Shown one piece after another: positions 9,311 to 18,805 of a stretch of DNA of 64,000 nt. The first letter of the stretch is position 1; every line of letters starts with the position of its first letter. The notes under the pieces are model-generated. The model had not been told where the DNA came from. It was given only the letters and a program-made list of their open reading frames with translations, and ran no database searches. The DNA comes from a virus. Lineage: Duplodnaviria; Caudoviricetes. The position numbers and the translations under genes were made by a program. Where the stretch lies: the IMG/VR virus record IMGVR_UViG_3300031992_000070, positions 1 through 64,000 of that record; one strand, written 5' to 3'.

Positions 9311-9925
9311 TTAAAGTTTTGTTGGTTGTGGATAAAAACGCTCGTCGCTCCATCGGAATACCATTCCGCAAGATGTGCATTTGTTGTCAACGCCTTCCAC
9401 AAGGTACTGCTCGTGGTTACACTGAGGACAGATACAGTCGTACTTCTTTGGTATCGTTATGAAGTGGTTTTGATACGAGTCTCCAGAGTCAAGCGTGCCA
9501 GTTTCGTACATGGTCTTCAGCAGAGCCAAAATGTCGCGTACACTGGCTTCGGATAACTCCTGTGACCTCTCTCGCAAAAGATTATTCAAAAGCCGTTGTA
9601 CTTCAGCCCCCGTAAAGCGATAGTCGCTGAGGTTGCTCGCCCTTTCCTGTATATCGCTTCTGTACTCTTGTTCAAGATACTCTTGCAATTGTCTGCAATT
9701 TTGCTGTTCAAGCATTATCTCGGCATCTTTGCGCTTGCTTGCAAGATACTCTTCTTCATCCTCGGACGGCACGTTACGTTTGTACTCTTGCGTATCAAAA
9801 GTATTTGCATAGGCAACCTCAAGTCTCTCACCAAGAACAACTTGAAGGACGAATATATATTCCTGCAATGTAAAGTCCACAAGCCTTGTGTGAAGTTGGT
9901 TTTGTGTAGAAAGTAAATCTAACAT
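9311..9925 (-). CDS. Possible terminase small subunit-like/HTH protein with C-terminal Zn ribbon
   Basis: N-terminal F..V.G..AY..F pattern; CPQC..CTSC. Confidence 0.35.
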   Translation of the reverse strand: MLDLLSTQNQLHTRLVDFTLQEYIFVLQVVLGERLEVAYANTFDTQEYKRNVPSEDEEEYLASKRKDAEIMLEQQNCRQLQEYLEQEYRSDIQERASNLSDYRFTGAEVQRLLNNLLRERSQELSEASVRDILALLKTMYETGTLDSGDSYQNHFITIPKKYDCICPQCNHEQYLVEGVDNKCTSCGMVFRWSDERFYPQPTKL

Positions 9926-10425
9926 ATTTTCCTAATTATATCTATTGAACGTATTCCGTTGTAGTCAATAAGACGAGAGTATGGATAGTTTACAACCTTT
10001 GCATATTCTGGCTGTGGGTCAAAAACGATGTTGAAATTGATGTCGCACAACACGCTATGCAGGTGGTCAATAGGGTGTTCATTCGGATTTGTGTACTTTG
10101 GCGAATACACAGACGCAAGGAATAATCCGTTAATACCCATATCTTCTGTTAAGACGTTGAATGTGCAATGGTCAACTGGCCATACGTTCTCCCATACATT
10201 CCATGTCGGGTCTTCAAGGAAAGCAACTCTCGGATTGTACAATTCTTTACCTGAATAGTCATATCCATGTTCCTTAAAGAACTTCTGCGCTTCAAGTAGC
10301 CAATTTTCGCCAAACTCTATAAAGTGAGGTACTTCCTCATATTCCAAGTCAAGTATGCTTGCAATGGCACACTTATAGCAGTCACCGTGTCTTGGGTCGT
10401 CGATTCGCTGATATATTTTCTTCAT
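9919..10425 (-). CDS. Hypothetical protein, possible Cys-His peptidase-like
   Basis: GDCYKCAIASIL..VPHF and a later HSV motif. Confidence 0.4.
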   Translation of the reverse strand: MKKIYQRIDDPRHGDCYKCAIASILDLEYEEVPHFIEFGENWLLEAQKFFKEHGYDYSGKELYNPRVAFLEDPTWNVWENVWPVDHCTFNVLTEDMGINGLFLASVYSPKYTNPNEHPIDHLHSVLCDINFNIVFDPQPEYAKVVNYPYSRLIDYNGIRSIDIIRKIC

Positions 10426-10428
10426 ATC

Positions 10429-10740
10429 TTACTTTTTACATTTATTTCCCGAATAGCAATCATATATAATAGCATTTGAACAATGTTCCTTTATATGTTT
10501 AACAGCATCATTAACTTTCTCAAAATTATGTGGCGGCTCAAACCACGGAGTTCCCCACCAATGGATAAAGAATAAAACAGTATATCTTTGTTCTATTCTA
10601 TACCATAGTGGATGAAATGCCTCTGGACAATGTATTTCATTATTCACAATACGAAATTTCTTGCGCATAGCATTTTTTATTTTATTTACCAGTTGTACCA
10701 TAATTGTTTTGATTTTATTACAAGTTTTTACGTCGTGCAT
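10429..10740 (-). CDS. Hypothetical protein
   Basis: ORF in the operon; start uncertain. Confidence 0.45.
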   Translation of the reverse strand: MHDVKTCNKIKTIMVQLVNKIKNAMRKKFRIVNNEIHCPEAFHPLWYRIEQRYTVLFFIHWWGTPWFEPPHNFEKVNDAVKHIKEHCSNAIIYDCYSGNKCKK

Positions 10741-11209
10741 ATTCCGCTATCAATATTCCGTCGTAGTCCGTATGCTTAAAATCTGCAAGTTGAGGAAACA
10801 GACGTTTTCCAATATCCTTGCTTGCTTTCTTTTGTTCATCAGCACCTTTGATACCTTTTGGCAAAAGCAATCCCTGCCACTCCTTGCTATCAACGTAGCA
10901 ATACGGCAAACCAAGATGCTCGATAAGAGTCAGTTCAGCCTCAAAGCAACGTAATGCAGATGTCGTTGCTTTAAACCTTGTAGGATTGACCATCGGGCGT
11001 TCAAGTACGACCATCACATCGTTTGCGTTATAACTCATAAGAATGCTCGCAAAGGCATTAGCATCAAGACGTGTTATAACATCTTTTTTCTTTGTATAGT
11101 TCTGCTCTTTCTTTATTGGTGTGTGGTATATAAGCGGCTGCATACCATCTTGCACAATGCCTATAGTTCCCGTTACACCATTGTCTATTCCTATATAAAT
11201 CTTGCTCAT
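10718..11209 (-). CDS. RuvC-like Holliday junction resolvase
   Basis: IYIGIDNG, VLERP and DYDGILIAEY acidic motifs. Confidence 0.8.
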   Translation of the reverse strand: MSKIYIGIDNGVTGTIGIVQDGMQPLIYHTPIKKEQNYTKKKDVITRLDANAFASILMSYNANDVMVVLERPMVNPTRFKATTSALRCFEAELTLIEHLGLPYCYVDSKEWQGLLLPKGIKGADEQKKASKDIGKRLFPQLADFKHTDYDGILIAEYARRKNL

Positions 11210-11625
11210 TTCAATACGCCGCAAAAGTTAGTTTCTTTGATACCTACCAAATCCATATCCTCAAGACCCTGTTTCATATACTGTTCAACGGCTTGGTGCG
11301 CCTCTTTCATATCGTGTGCAAACAGGGCTACGGAATACTTGATGTCTTTTGTTTCTTCAGTTTCCATATCAACAAAGTGGTCAACAATCTGTGCAATGTA
11401 AATCTTGCACGTCTCATCGTCAGAAGGCTGTTCGTTGATAATTTCCTTTAGCTTACTACGCTTGACGCTTACGACATCAATAGCCGTTAGTCCGCTTCCA
11501 TAGTCGTAGCCAATCTGTTCCGCATCGGCAAACGACTCGGCGTGTTCAAGGATAAGGCTTTCTTTTACGTTACGGTCGTTGCCTTTTGAATCGACCTTTA
11601 CAAATGTGATTTGAATCTCGTACAT
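11206..11625 (-). CDS. DUF4494-like Bacteroidota phage protein
   Basis: KESLIL.HAESFADAE pattern duplicated; family assigned from memory. Confidence 0.55.
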   Translation of the reverse strand: MYEIQITFVKVDSKGNDRNVKESLILEHAESFADAEQIGYDYGSGLTAIDVVSVKRSKLKEIINEQPSDDETCKIYIAQIVDHFVDMETEETKDIKYSVALFAHDMKEAHQAVEQYMKQGLEDMDLVGIKETNFCGVLK

Positions 11626-11629
11626 ATTG

Positions 11630-12100
11630 TTATTCCTTTTTAATTGTGAGTTCTACATTCTTTGGTATTGTAATTGTAATCGGAATTTGTGGTTCAAATA
11701 CAATTTCATTCTGTAACTTTATGATGCGCTTTACGATAGTCCACCGCTTTCGCCATATCGGCTGCTGCTCAATCATTGTGTACATCTTGTTTACGCTTGA
11801 TGCAACGCAGGTTTTCGTAAACTTCCTCTTGTACATGGATTCAGAAAGCTTGCTTATCTTTTCGTATGTTTCGTTAGTCATATAACGGTATGCGTACCAG
11901 AAAAGCCAACGAGCCTGCGCAACATCTAGGTCGTTGCAGTTTGAAAACATACGTTCAATATCAACGTTGCAAATAGAAGCAACAAAATCAGCAAGATGCA
12001 CCCTGATTCTGTCTTCGTAGTTTGCAAGTGTGTCGCACACAAGTTTCATTGCAAGCCTTTCGTTCGTCTCCAATTCTTGTTTGATTTCTTCCTCTGTCAT
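11630..12100 (-). CDS. DnaA C-terminal-like HTH DNA-binding protein
   Basis: VAQARWLFWY..RY.....YEKISK pattern. Confidence 0.5.
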   Translation of the reverse strand: MTEEEIKQELETNERLAMKLVCDTLANYEDRIRVHLADFVASICNVDIERMFSNCNDLDVAQARWLFWYAYRYMTNETYEKISKLSESMYKRKFTKTCVASSVNKMYTMIEQQPIWRKRWTIVKRIIKLQNEIVFEPQIPITITIPKNVELTIKKE

Positions 12101-12528
12101 TTCCCGTTCTTTTTTGATTCGTTTATACTATTGATAATTGTCTGCTGTGCCAACGGAAGTCTTTCAACAAAAAGATTAAGACGCTGTTTATCCTTGCCAA
12201 GAACCTTGTCCCATATTCCAGTTATGGAGTATTTAAAACGCATAAATATAAATTCGCCTTTATATGCGACAGAACCTTTGTCAATCTGTTTTTTCAGATA
12301 AGCTTCAAACTGCGGCTTTGCTTCGCGTTCTTTATACGACTGACTTTCAAAGTCGTACTCAAGAACTTTCTTGCGTCTTAGCCATAGATAGCTTTCGCCG
12401 TCATCTTTGAAATATACGGCGGTAATCCCGCCTTGAAGGTTTATGCCGTCAATGGTGAGACTACCTTTGTACGAACCGTCTTTGCTGTGTTCTACAAATC
12501 CGTTTATATAATCATCGTTCCAAATCAT
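12097..12528 (-). CDS. Hypothetical protein
   Basis: 143 aa, beta-rich. Confidence 0.6.
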   Translation of the reverse strand: MIWNDDYINGFVEHSKDGSYKGSLTIDGINLQGGITAVYFKDDGESYLWLRRKKVLEYDFESQSYKEREAKPQFEAYLKKQIDKGSVAYKGEFIFMRFKYSITGIWDKVLGKDKQRLNLFVERLPLAQQTIINSINESKKNGK

Positions 12529-12899
12529 AGTTCTTCAACAGTTGTTTCGTCCACCTCCCAACCATTACATTCCTTTACTATTGCTAGTAGCCAAATACCG
12601 TCAACTTTCTTAATGCCGCCATTGATAAGATGTTGTGCAAGTTTGCCGCAAACTTCGATAAGTTTACTTGGTGTGCAAGCAACATTTTCGTAGACATCTT
12701 TCCAATCCGTATCATCGGTATTGGCGTATGTAGTGCCCGTTTCATCATCATATTCTGGCTGATATTGGTCGGTGGATATTGTAGTTTCCTTGACCAAAGT
12801 CTGTGTAACACGGACATCAAAATCCTGTTCTGGAACTATTTGCTCGTTCCAAGGTGCATCCTTGGTGTCGCTTCCCATTGGATAGTCGTAGTTATTCAT
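12525..12899 (-). CDS. Hypothetical protein
   Basis: 124 aa starting MNNYDYPMGSDTKDAPWNE. Confidence 0.6.
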   Translation of the reverse strand: MNNYDYPMGSDTKDAPWNEQIVPEQDFDVRVTQTLVKETTISTDQYQPEYDDETGTTYANTDDTDWKDVYENVACTPSKLIEVCGKLAQHLINGGIKKVDGIWLLAIVKECNGWEVDETTVEEL

Positions 12900-12906
12900 A
12901 CGCTTT

Positions 12907-14037
12907 TTACTGAATTAGCATTGGCATACAAAGCGAGAGATACTCGTCGCGTGTTAGTTCAAATGCAGAGAAGAATACGCCAGCCCGACTTGGGTTGTCG
13001 AGTTCTATAACAACATTATCATCATTGATGTTGCGTAGTATTTCTATCAGTGTAGAACCTTTGAATCCTATTTTTAGTTCTGTGTCGCAATCACAAGAAA
13101 CTGTTTCGCTTGCGGACTTGCTAAAATCAATATCCTTTGCGCTTACAATAACCTGTCCGTTTGAGAAGTCCATTTCAATAAGGTTGCTTGAATCATTTGC
13201 CATAGGCAATACGCGTTTGATTGCGTTAAGCAGAAGGTTCTTGTCGGCTGTAACAATTATCGGGCTGCTTTTAGGAATGACAGAATCGTAGTTTGGATAT
13301 TTAAATTCCAAAAGCCTTGCAGACAGCTTAAAATCCTTATTGTTGACGGATATTGCCTTGTCGTTGAAAGAAATCTTTATGTCGCCATCTATTGCGCTTA
13401 GAATTGTCAAAAGAATGTTTGACGGTTTCTTTGGCAGGGTAAAGTTTGGAGTTGTTTCTCCGACATCCAGCAGGACGGTCTTGTCTTTATATCGTGCAAG
13501 TTTGTGTCCGTCTGACGTTGCACATACCATACCGTCTGCAAAGAAATCAAAGTGAACACCGTTCATCACGGGGCGCAGTTCGTCATTGGCAGTTGCAAAT
13601 CCTGTAAGTTCAATCGCTTTCAAAATTTTCTTTCCGTCAACAATAAAGTCCTTTAAGTTCGTCGTGTCCATATTTGCAAGCGGGTACTCGTTAGCATCCT
13701 CATACGGCATTGAGAACTTTCCGTTATCATAGCTACAAGTAATCGTGTGTGCTGATTCGTCTGTCGCAAGTGTTATGGCCATATAGTCGCTAAGGTTGTC
13801 AACGGCTTTAAGAAAATTGCCTGCGTCAACACAGAAACGTGTATCGCCGTCACTTGACAAAATCGGGCATTTTAACGATAGCCACTGTTCAGAGTCACTT
13901 GCCGTAATAAGCATTACGTCACCTTTTGTTTCCACCAAGAAATTACCAAGAATCGGCAATGCGTTCTTGGAGTTGATTACTTTCGCTGCCATTTTCAAAC
14001 GGCTTGAAAGTTCTTTTGACTGTAGTTTGATTTCCAT
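12907..14037 (-). CDS. dnaN: DNA polymerase III beta sliding clamp
   Basis: PILGNFL, ATANDELRPVMNGVHF, ATSDGHKLA, YPNYDSVIP, GFKGSTL, LCMPM. Confidence 0.95.
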   Translation of the reverse strand: MEIKLQSKELSSRLKMAAKVINSKNALPILGNFLVETKGDVMLITASDSEQWLSLKCPILSSDGDTRFCVDAGNFLKAVDNLSDYMAITLATDESAHTITCSYDNGKFSMPYEDANEYPLANMDTTNLKDFIVDGKKILKAIELTGFATANDELRPVMNGVHFDFFADGMVCATSDGHKLARYKDKTVLLDVGETTPNFTLPKKPSNILLTILSAIDGDIKISFNDKAISVNNKDFKLSARLLEFKYPNYDSVIPKSSPIIVTADKNLLLNAIKRVLPMANDSSNLIEMDFSNGQVIVSAKDIDFSKSASETVSCDCDTELKIGFKGSTLIEILRNINDDNVVIELDNPSRAGVFFSAFELTRDEYLSLCMPMLIQ

Positions 14038-14083
14038 AAATTTTTTATTGTTTTCGTGAATAATTAAAATTCTGTTTTAAAAA

Positions 14084-14176
14084 CCTCCTACAGCTTTCAC
14101 AAGTGTCGGAGGAAAAGGTAATTTAATTAAAAACCCTATTAAATGCCAACAAAAGAAATTATCATTTGCAAATGTA
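14084..14176 (-). ncRNA. Candidate sRNA/attenuator: promoter, U-rich tract, GUGA hairpin, U-tract
   Basis: TACATTTG at 14169-14176; CCTCC..GTGA..GGAGG followed by T5, upstream of dnaN. Confidence 0.45.
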
Positions 14177-14246
14177 CATATTTATATTGTACAAAACAAA
14201 CTTTCCGTTTACTTTTTAAGCATAATTATGTTAAAATCCATTTATA

Positions 14247-14543
14247 TTATATTCTGTTTTCTTTTATGAAGTTGTCAAGGTATGGTGATGGTTCAACATT
14301 TTTCTTTTTCATCCATTTGACACAATGCTTAATGACCTCTTTCAATCTACAGATAAACCTTTGTTGTGCAAAGTTTTTGTGCGCAAGCATTGTATTTGTT
14401 TCTTGCAGCCTTTTGATTTTGGCCTGCATGCTACTGTATTCACCATACATACGTCTATAGTCTTTGACGATGTACATTAGGTTTTGTTCCTCTGGAATCA
14501 ATGGTGGCTCAACGTAAGCCTTTCCTTCTTCGTCGTATAACAT
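14247..14543 (-). CDS. Hypothetical coiled-coil protein
   Basis: 98-aa ORF. Confidence 0.55.
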   Translation of the reverse strand: MLYDEEGKAYVEPPLIPEEQNLMYIVKDYRRMYGEYSSMQAKIKRLQETNTMLAHKNFAQQRFICRLKEVIKHCVKWMKKKNVEPSPYLDNFIKENRI

Positions 14544-14547
14544 AGTT

Positions 14548-14961
14548 TTATTTATTTATTAGTATTTTGACACCTTTTAGTGTTAGATAGCCTGCAACAA
14601 GAATGTTTACTAGGCAGATGATGTATATTGACGTTGGTTCAAGTTCAAAGTCAAAGTAGGACTTTTCAAACAGATGCGCAAATAAAAATGTAGTTGCATA
14701 CAAATTCCATTTACAAACCTCTATTGCAAGGCTTATTATAAGTGAAACAAATACAACAAGCCAATCATATTCCATAATGTCTGCTATATAAAAATTGATA
14801 GGTGTGTTTATTATCGTGCAGTCATTAAAGTATAAATAACTATCAAAATATAGCGAGTAGGCAACTTCTAAATAAGCTACACAAACAATGAAACAGATTA
14901 CAAATGGTTGTACTTTACCTAATCTTATAAGTAAACGTCTGGCATCATTTGAAACACTCAT
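14548..14961 (-). CDS. Multi-pass membrane protein
   Basis: About four hydrophobic segments. Confidence 0.6.
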   Translation of the reverse strand: MSVSNDARRLLIRLGKVQPFVICFIVCVAYLEVAYSLYFDSYLYFNDCTIINTPINFYIADIMEYDWLVVFVSLIISLAIEVCKWNLYATTFLFAHLFEKSYFDFELEPTSIYIICLVNILVAGYLTLKGVKILINK

Positions 14962-15140
14962 TTCTTTTTTAACTTTACTTTAAATACTACGCTATTGCTT
15001 CTTGGCATGGGTGTTTTACTCAACGTATCACGTCTAAGGGTATCGTTCTGTACGCTATCCTTTCTGACAATGGAAACGCTCTTTTTGAGTTTCACCTTGC
15101 GCCTAACCCTACGCTTTCTTTTCTTTGGTTGCTGTGCCAT
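14958..15140 (-). CDS. Small basic protein
   Basis: Lys/Arg-rich, 60 aa. Confidence 0.5.
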   Translation of the reverse strand: MAQQPKKRKRRVRRKVKLKKSVSIVRKDSVQNDTLRRDTLSKTPMPRSNSVVFKVKLKKK

Positions 15141-15306
15141 AATAAATTTAATTAAAATAGCCTACTACATTTCGCAACGCCTCGGCTAAACATGATAATG
15201 AAAAAAATACCCTTAACAGCCTAATGACCTTCACAGGCTCTCGGCTGAACAACCTTAGTATTAATCAAAAAAACACATTATTATTATATGAGCAAAAATG
15301 CGTATA

Positions 15307-15594
15307 TCATCGTTTTTTCTTACCTCCACGGGCACGGCGGTCTCCAGCCGTATCAGACTTTGAGCCACGGTTGACGGAAGATTTCTTGTAGACTATTCCG
15401 TTCTTTGTGTGGCTTGCATCCTTGCCTTCGCGTGATGCCTTGCCATATTTCTTATCGTGCTCACGGTTATGCTGAACCAACTCGACGCGCTTTTCGCGCT
15501 GTTCTTTCTTCTCGTTGAACTTCTTGTCATACTCAGCCTTTTTCTTTCGTGCGGCTGGATGCGTCTGATAGTATTTTGCAGTCCTTGAAACCAT
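15307..15594 (-). CDS. Small basic protein with a degenerate HNH-like core
   Basis: GKDASHTKNG..SSVNRG. Confidence 0.45.
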   Translation of the reverse strand: MVSRTAKYYQTHPAARKKKAEYDKKFNEKKEQREKRVELVQHNREHDKKYGKASREGKDASHTKNGIVYKKSSVNRGSKSDTAGDRRARGGKKKR

Positions 15595-15596
15595 AA

Positions 15597-15995
15597 CTAA
15601 AATGGATTGGTTTTATCTTTATATTCCTTTATAGTATCTTCAAAATCCTTCTTGAGCTTGATAAGATGCTCCTGTTCTTCTTTTGTCAACCTTGGGCAAC
15701 CTTTATGCCATGCCGTAAAGTTCGGTACAATCTGGTCGTATTCGTGTGCAAACAATGTGTAGTCGTACCATTTAACCAAATTATCCCAGTCGGTAAGGTT
15801 GTTGTCTACTGAATACTTAACGACATCAATGAAATCAAAGAAATAATCCCCGACGCATGCGATAGTGCCAGCATCGCCAGCAACCCACGAATCCTGTTCG
15901 TACACCCTGTTGTAGTTGTCGCAGAATGCTTTAAGGTACTCTTCGCATACATCGTTGTATCTTTTGTTTAAGAGTTCTGTGTGCGCTTTATTCAT
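15597..15995 (-). CDS. Hypothetical protein
   Basis: 132 aa with WVAGDAGTIA motif. Confidence 0.6.
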   Translation of the reverse strand: MNKAHTELLNKRYNDVCEEYLKAFCDNYNRVYEQDSWVAGDAGTIACVGDYFFDFIDVVKYSVDNNLTDWDNLVKWYDYTLFAHEYDQIVPNFTAWHKGCPRLTKEEQEHLIKLKKDFEDTIKEYKDKTNPF

Positions 15996-16189
15996 ACCAT
16001 TTCACATTTAACAAGTAAACCAATCATTGAGCCGCGTTTGAATTGCTTGGATTCAAGTTTGTTTGCCTTGACCATGTTATACACGGTCTGCTTTGACTTG
16101 CCAAGTATTTTTGCATACTCGCTGACGCTAACCCAGTCGTAATTGTTTTTATTTATATTACTTTCCGCTTGAGCCATATCCACCTCCAC
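15992..16189 (-). CDS. Excisionase/MerR-like HTH protein
   Basis: WVSVSEYAKILGKSKQTVYNMVK. Confidence 0.7.
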   Translation of the reverse strand: MEVDMAQAESNINKNNYDWVSVSEYAKILGKSKQTVYNMVKANKLESKQFKRGSMIGLLVKCEMV

Positions 16190-16652
16190 GATTTTTGGTC
16201 ATATCAAGTTCTTCAACTTCCATTATTTCTGTGTCTGGAACTTGTACAATTCTCATTTGTGCAATGCGAGTACCTTTTGTAATAATTGCTTTTCTGAATA
16301 TAGGAAAGTGATTGGACTTAACCAAAGCCCCTACATTGTCTCTATAATCTTCATCAACCAACCCAACGACAACATCCGCATCAACACGTCTTCCCTTGCT
16401 AAAAACACCAAATAGCATAAACCACCAATGGCGAATCATTGACTGAACTGGCATACCTTTGCATGTAAAGCCGCTTCTTGGCTGGATAATCGCTGCACAA
16501 CCGTGAGGTAGTTCAATAGAGAACTTTAGGTCTATGACCTGCCTCCCGTGTTTTAGTTCAATGTCATCTGGTGCATATAAGTCGTATGCGGCAGCAAACT
16601 CAGAACCTTTAGTCGGCATAATTCCATCATTCAGTTTAATCTTAATTTGCAT
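16158..16652 (-). CDS. dut: Trimeric dUTPase
   Basis: AAYDL, PRSG, GLVDEDYR, RIAQ and RGGGYGSSG motifs I-V. Confidence 0.92.
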   Translation of the reverse strand: MQIKIKLNDGIMPTKGSEFAAAYDLYAPDDIELKHGRQVIDLKFSIELPHGCAAIIQPRSGFTCKGMPVQSMIRHWWFMLFGVFSKGRRVDADVVVGLVDEDYRDNVGALVKSNHFPIFRKAIITKGTRIAQMRIVQVPDTEIMEVEELDMTKNRGGGYGSSGK

Positions 16653-17310
16653 TAGCCTGCGCCTCCATCGCATCGCTCTGTTCTTGTTCCTGAATGGCCG
16701 CAATCTCTTCCTGCATAACCTGTTCATCCGTCTTTTTGGGGAACAGTACGCGCTCTTCCAAGTCCTCTGTAAAATGCTTTATGCTTTCAAGAATTTCTTG
16801 GATAAACTGCTTGTTTGTCATATCCTTCGTTTTTTCACTAAGAAGGATTGCGTTTCGTGCAATGTTGTGCATATAATCCTCGTAGACCAAGAATGATTCA
16901 ACCTCCGTTTCTCCAATGCCGTACAAAGGCTGGAAGACGTTGAACAAGAACCATTCGTAGTACACAACAATGTTATACTCTGATTTATCTTCCTTTTCTT
17001 TCAGAACATCAATCAGACGCTGGTAAGAATACCCGCTTTCTGTCTTGATTGCCTCAAGATTATCGTTGGCAATTTCGATAATGCGTTTTGTGTACAGGTA
17101 AGGTCTGCTAACACCAGCACTTGTAATGTTTGAATAGACGTGACGGTGGTAGTTCGTTTCAATAACACAGCCATCAGCATCGGCAACAAGTCTGACACCT
17201 TTGTCGCTAAAGAAGATACTGATTGTGTCTTTTGTCTTTGGCACAAACACAATGGCGTTTTCAATACGCTTTTGTAACTGTGCGTTTGTTGGTTTTTTCT
17301 TTTGTTCCAT
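16642..17310 (-). CDS. Hypothetical protein
   Basis: 222-aa ORF. Confidence 0.6.
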   Translation of the reverse strand: MEQKKKPTNAQLQKRIENAIVFVPKTKDTISIFFSDKGVRLVADADGCVIETNYHRHVYSNITSAGVSRPYLYTKRIIEIANDNLEAIKTESGYSYQRLIDVLKEKEDKSEYNIVVYYEWFLFNVFQPLYGIGETEVESFLVYEDYMHNIARNAILLSEKTKDMTNKQFIQEILESIKHFTEDLEERVLFPKKTDEQVMQEEIAAIQEQEQSDAMEAQANAN

Positions 17311-17463
17311 AAACTTATTGTTCGTCGTTTTGTGATTCTATATACTTTATTCTTGACTCTATCTGCTTTATTGCGCACGGAATGCTTGATGTTGGATAAA
17401 TCTTTTCGACATCCCGAAGGACGGAAATCTGTGCGCGAAGCTTGTAAAAATTCCAGTTCATTC

Positions 17464-18000
17464 TTACTTGCGATTTTTGTTGCTCATGTATATGTTGTAT
17501 AGTCGCATCTTGATAGTTTCTTCGTTTGTCGGAATTTTACCTTTCTTGATGCGGTTCATACGGTTATACTCTCGCAAATACGCCTGTGCCTGTTCAATGT
17601 TCTGTATTTCTGGGAAAATCCATTCTGGCAGCTTGTTTGCGTCTTCAATAGCCTCTTCAACCGTTCCTTGGTTTTCAAGTTCTTTTGCTTCCGCAGCAAG
17701 TTGCTCTGCGCGCTTTTTCGACTCGCTGTCAAGGTCTGCGTCCGTTGTGTCGTTGTCCATGTACGACGGAACGACAAAAACTTTTTCAATACCCATGAAC
17801 GGCTCTACACCGAATACTTTCTTAATTCTTGGCTCTTTGTCCTCGTCCTCGTTGAAAGTACAAACGGCAAAAGCCTGACGGTTCAGTGTAAGGTTGATGA
17901 CAGCAACACCGTCTTGGAAAGAGTCCTTTCCGTTCCATTCTTTTTTAGGAATGCTTGGAATGTTGAGATAGGCTATAACCTCTTTTTCAAATTCTATCAT
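17464..18000 (-). CDS. Hypothetical protein
   Basis: 178 aa with its own promoter TATCTTTG at 18028-18035. Confidence 0.6.
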   Translation of the reverse strand: MIEFEKEVIAYLNIPSIPKKEWNGKDSFQDGVAVINLTLNRQAFAVCTFNEDEDKEPRIKKVFGVEPFMGIEKVFVVPSYMDNDTTDADLDSESKKRAEQLAAEAKELENQGTVEEAIEDANKLPEWIFPEIQNIEQAQAYLREYNRMNRIKKGKIPTNEETIKMRLYNIYMSNKNRK

Positions 18001-18072
18001 AACTTAACGTTTAAATTAAACTTTGTGCAAAGATATGAAATAGTTTGGAATATTCCAAGGATTTAACAATTA

Positions 18073-18805
18073 TTATATGCGAAGAAAATCCTTGACGCTC
18101 TGTATCATACGTTGTCCTTCTTCTGTAGGCTTGCCGTGTTTGTGCGGAACAAGCACTTTAAGCCTGCTGTTTATAACGAAGTATTTCCACCCTTTCTTTA
18201 TCCTCGCATGTTCTTGCTGTTTAGCCTTTTCAAGTGCTTTTTCGTCCTTGTCGGAAACGCCTTTGTTTTCATATACCCAGTTTGCCATAATTTATATTGT
18301 CAGCGTCCTTTTACAATGTTGTTTTCGTCCTGCTCGTAAAGCCGTTGGTTTGTGCATTTTCGCAGGAATTTTACAGAAGTCCCGTCTTCAATCACAAGTG
18401 CCAATCCTTTTGTAAAACGCAGGCATTGGTTTTTTATCGGGCATTGGATACCCATACAATATACGTTGCCATTTTTCATAAGCATATATTCTTTTTCCAT
18501 TTGCAAAAGGACTGGTCTTGTCTTTCTGGAGAACTGAACCGAGTCGCGTCCACCTTTATTCCAATACCAGTCCTTCCATTTGCTTATTTCCATTACTGCG
18601 CAAAGTTCTTGAACACACCACCGTTATTCACAAAGGACATGATTGGTACTTTGTAGTATAGGTTTCCGCAGTATTTCAGCGGCTGAATCATATCGCTTGC
18701 GAAAAGCCCTTTAAAATGCTCGTCAACAAGGACGACATGTTTTGGTATGTTCAGTTCTCTTTCAAGTCCGCTGTGTGAATGCAGCACGTTCATTTTCAGA
18801 CTCAT
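18073..18805 (-). CDS. Three small hypothetical ORFs (18073-18288, 18300-18593, 18593-18805)
   Basis: Tightly packed codirectional ORFs. Confidence 0.55.
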
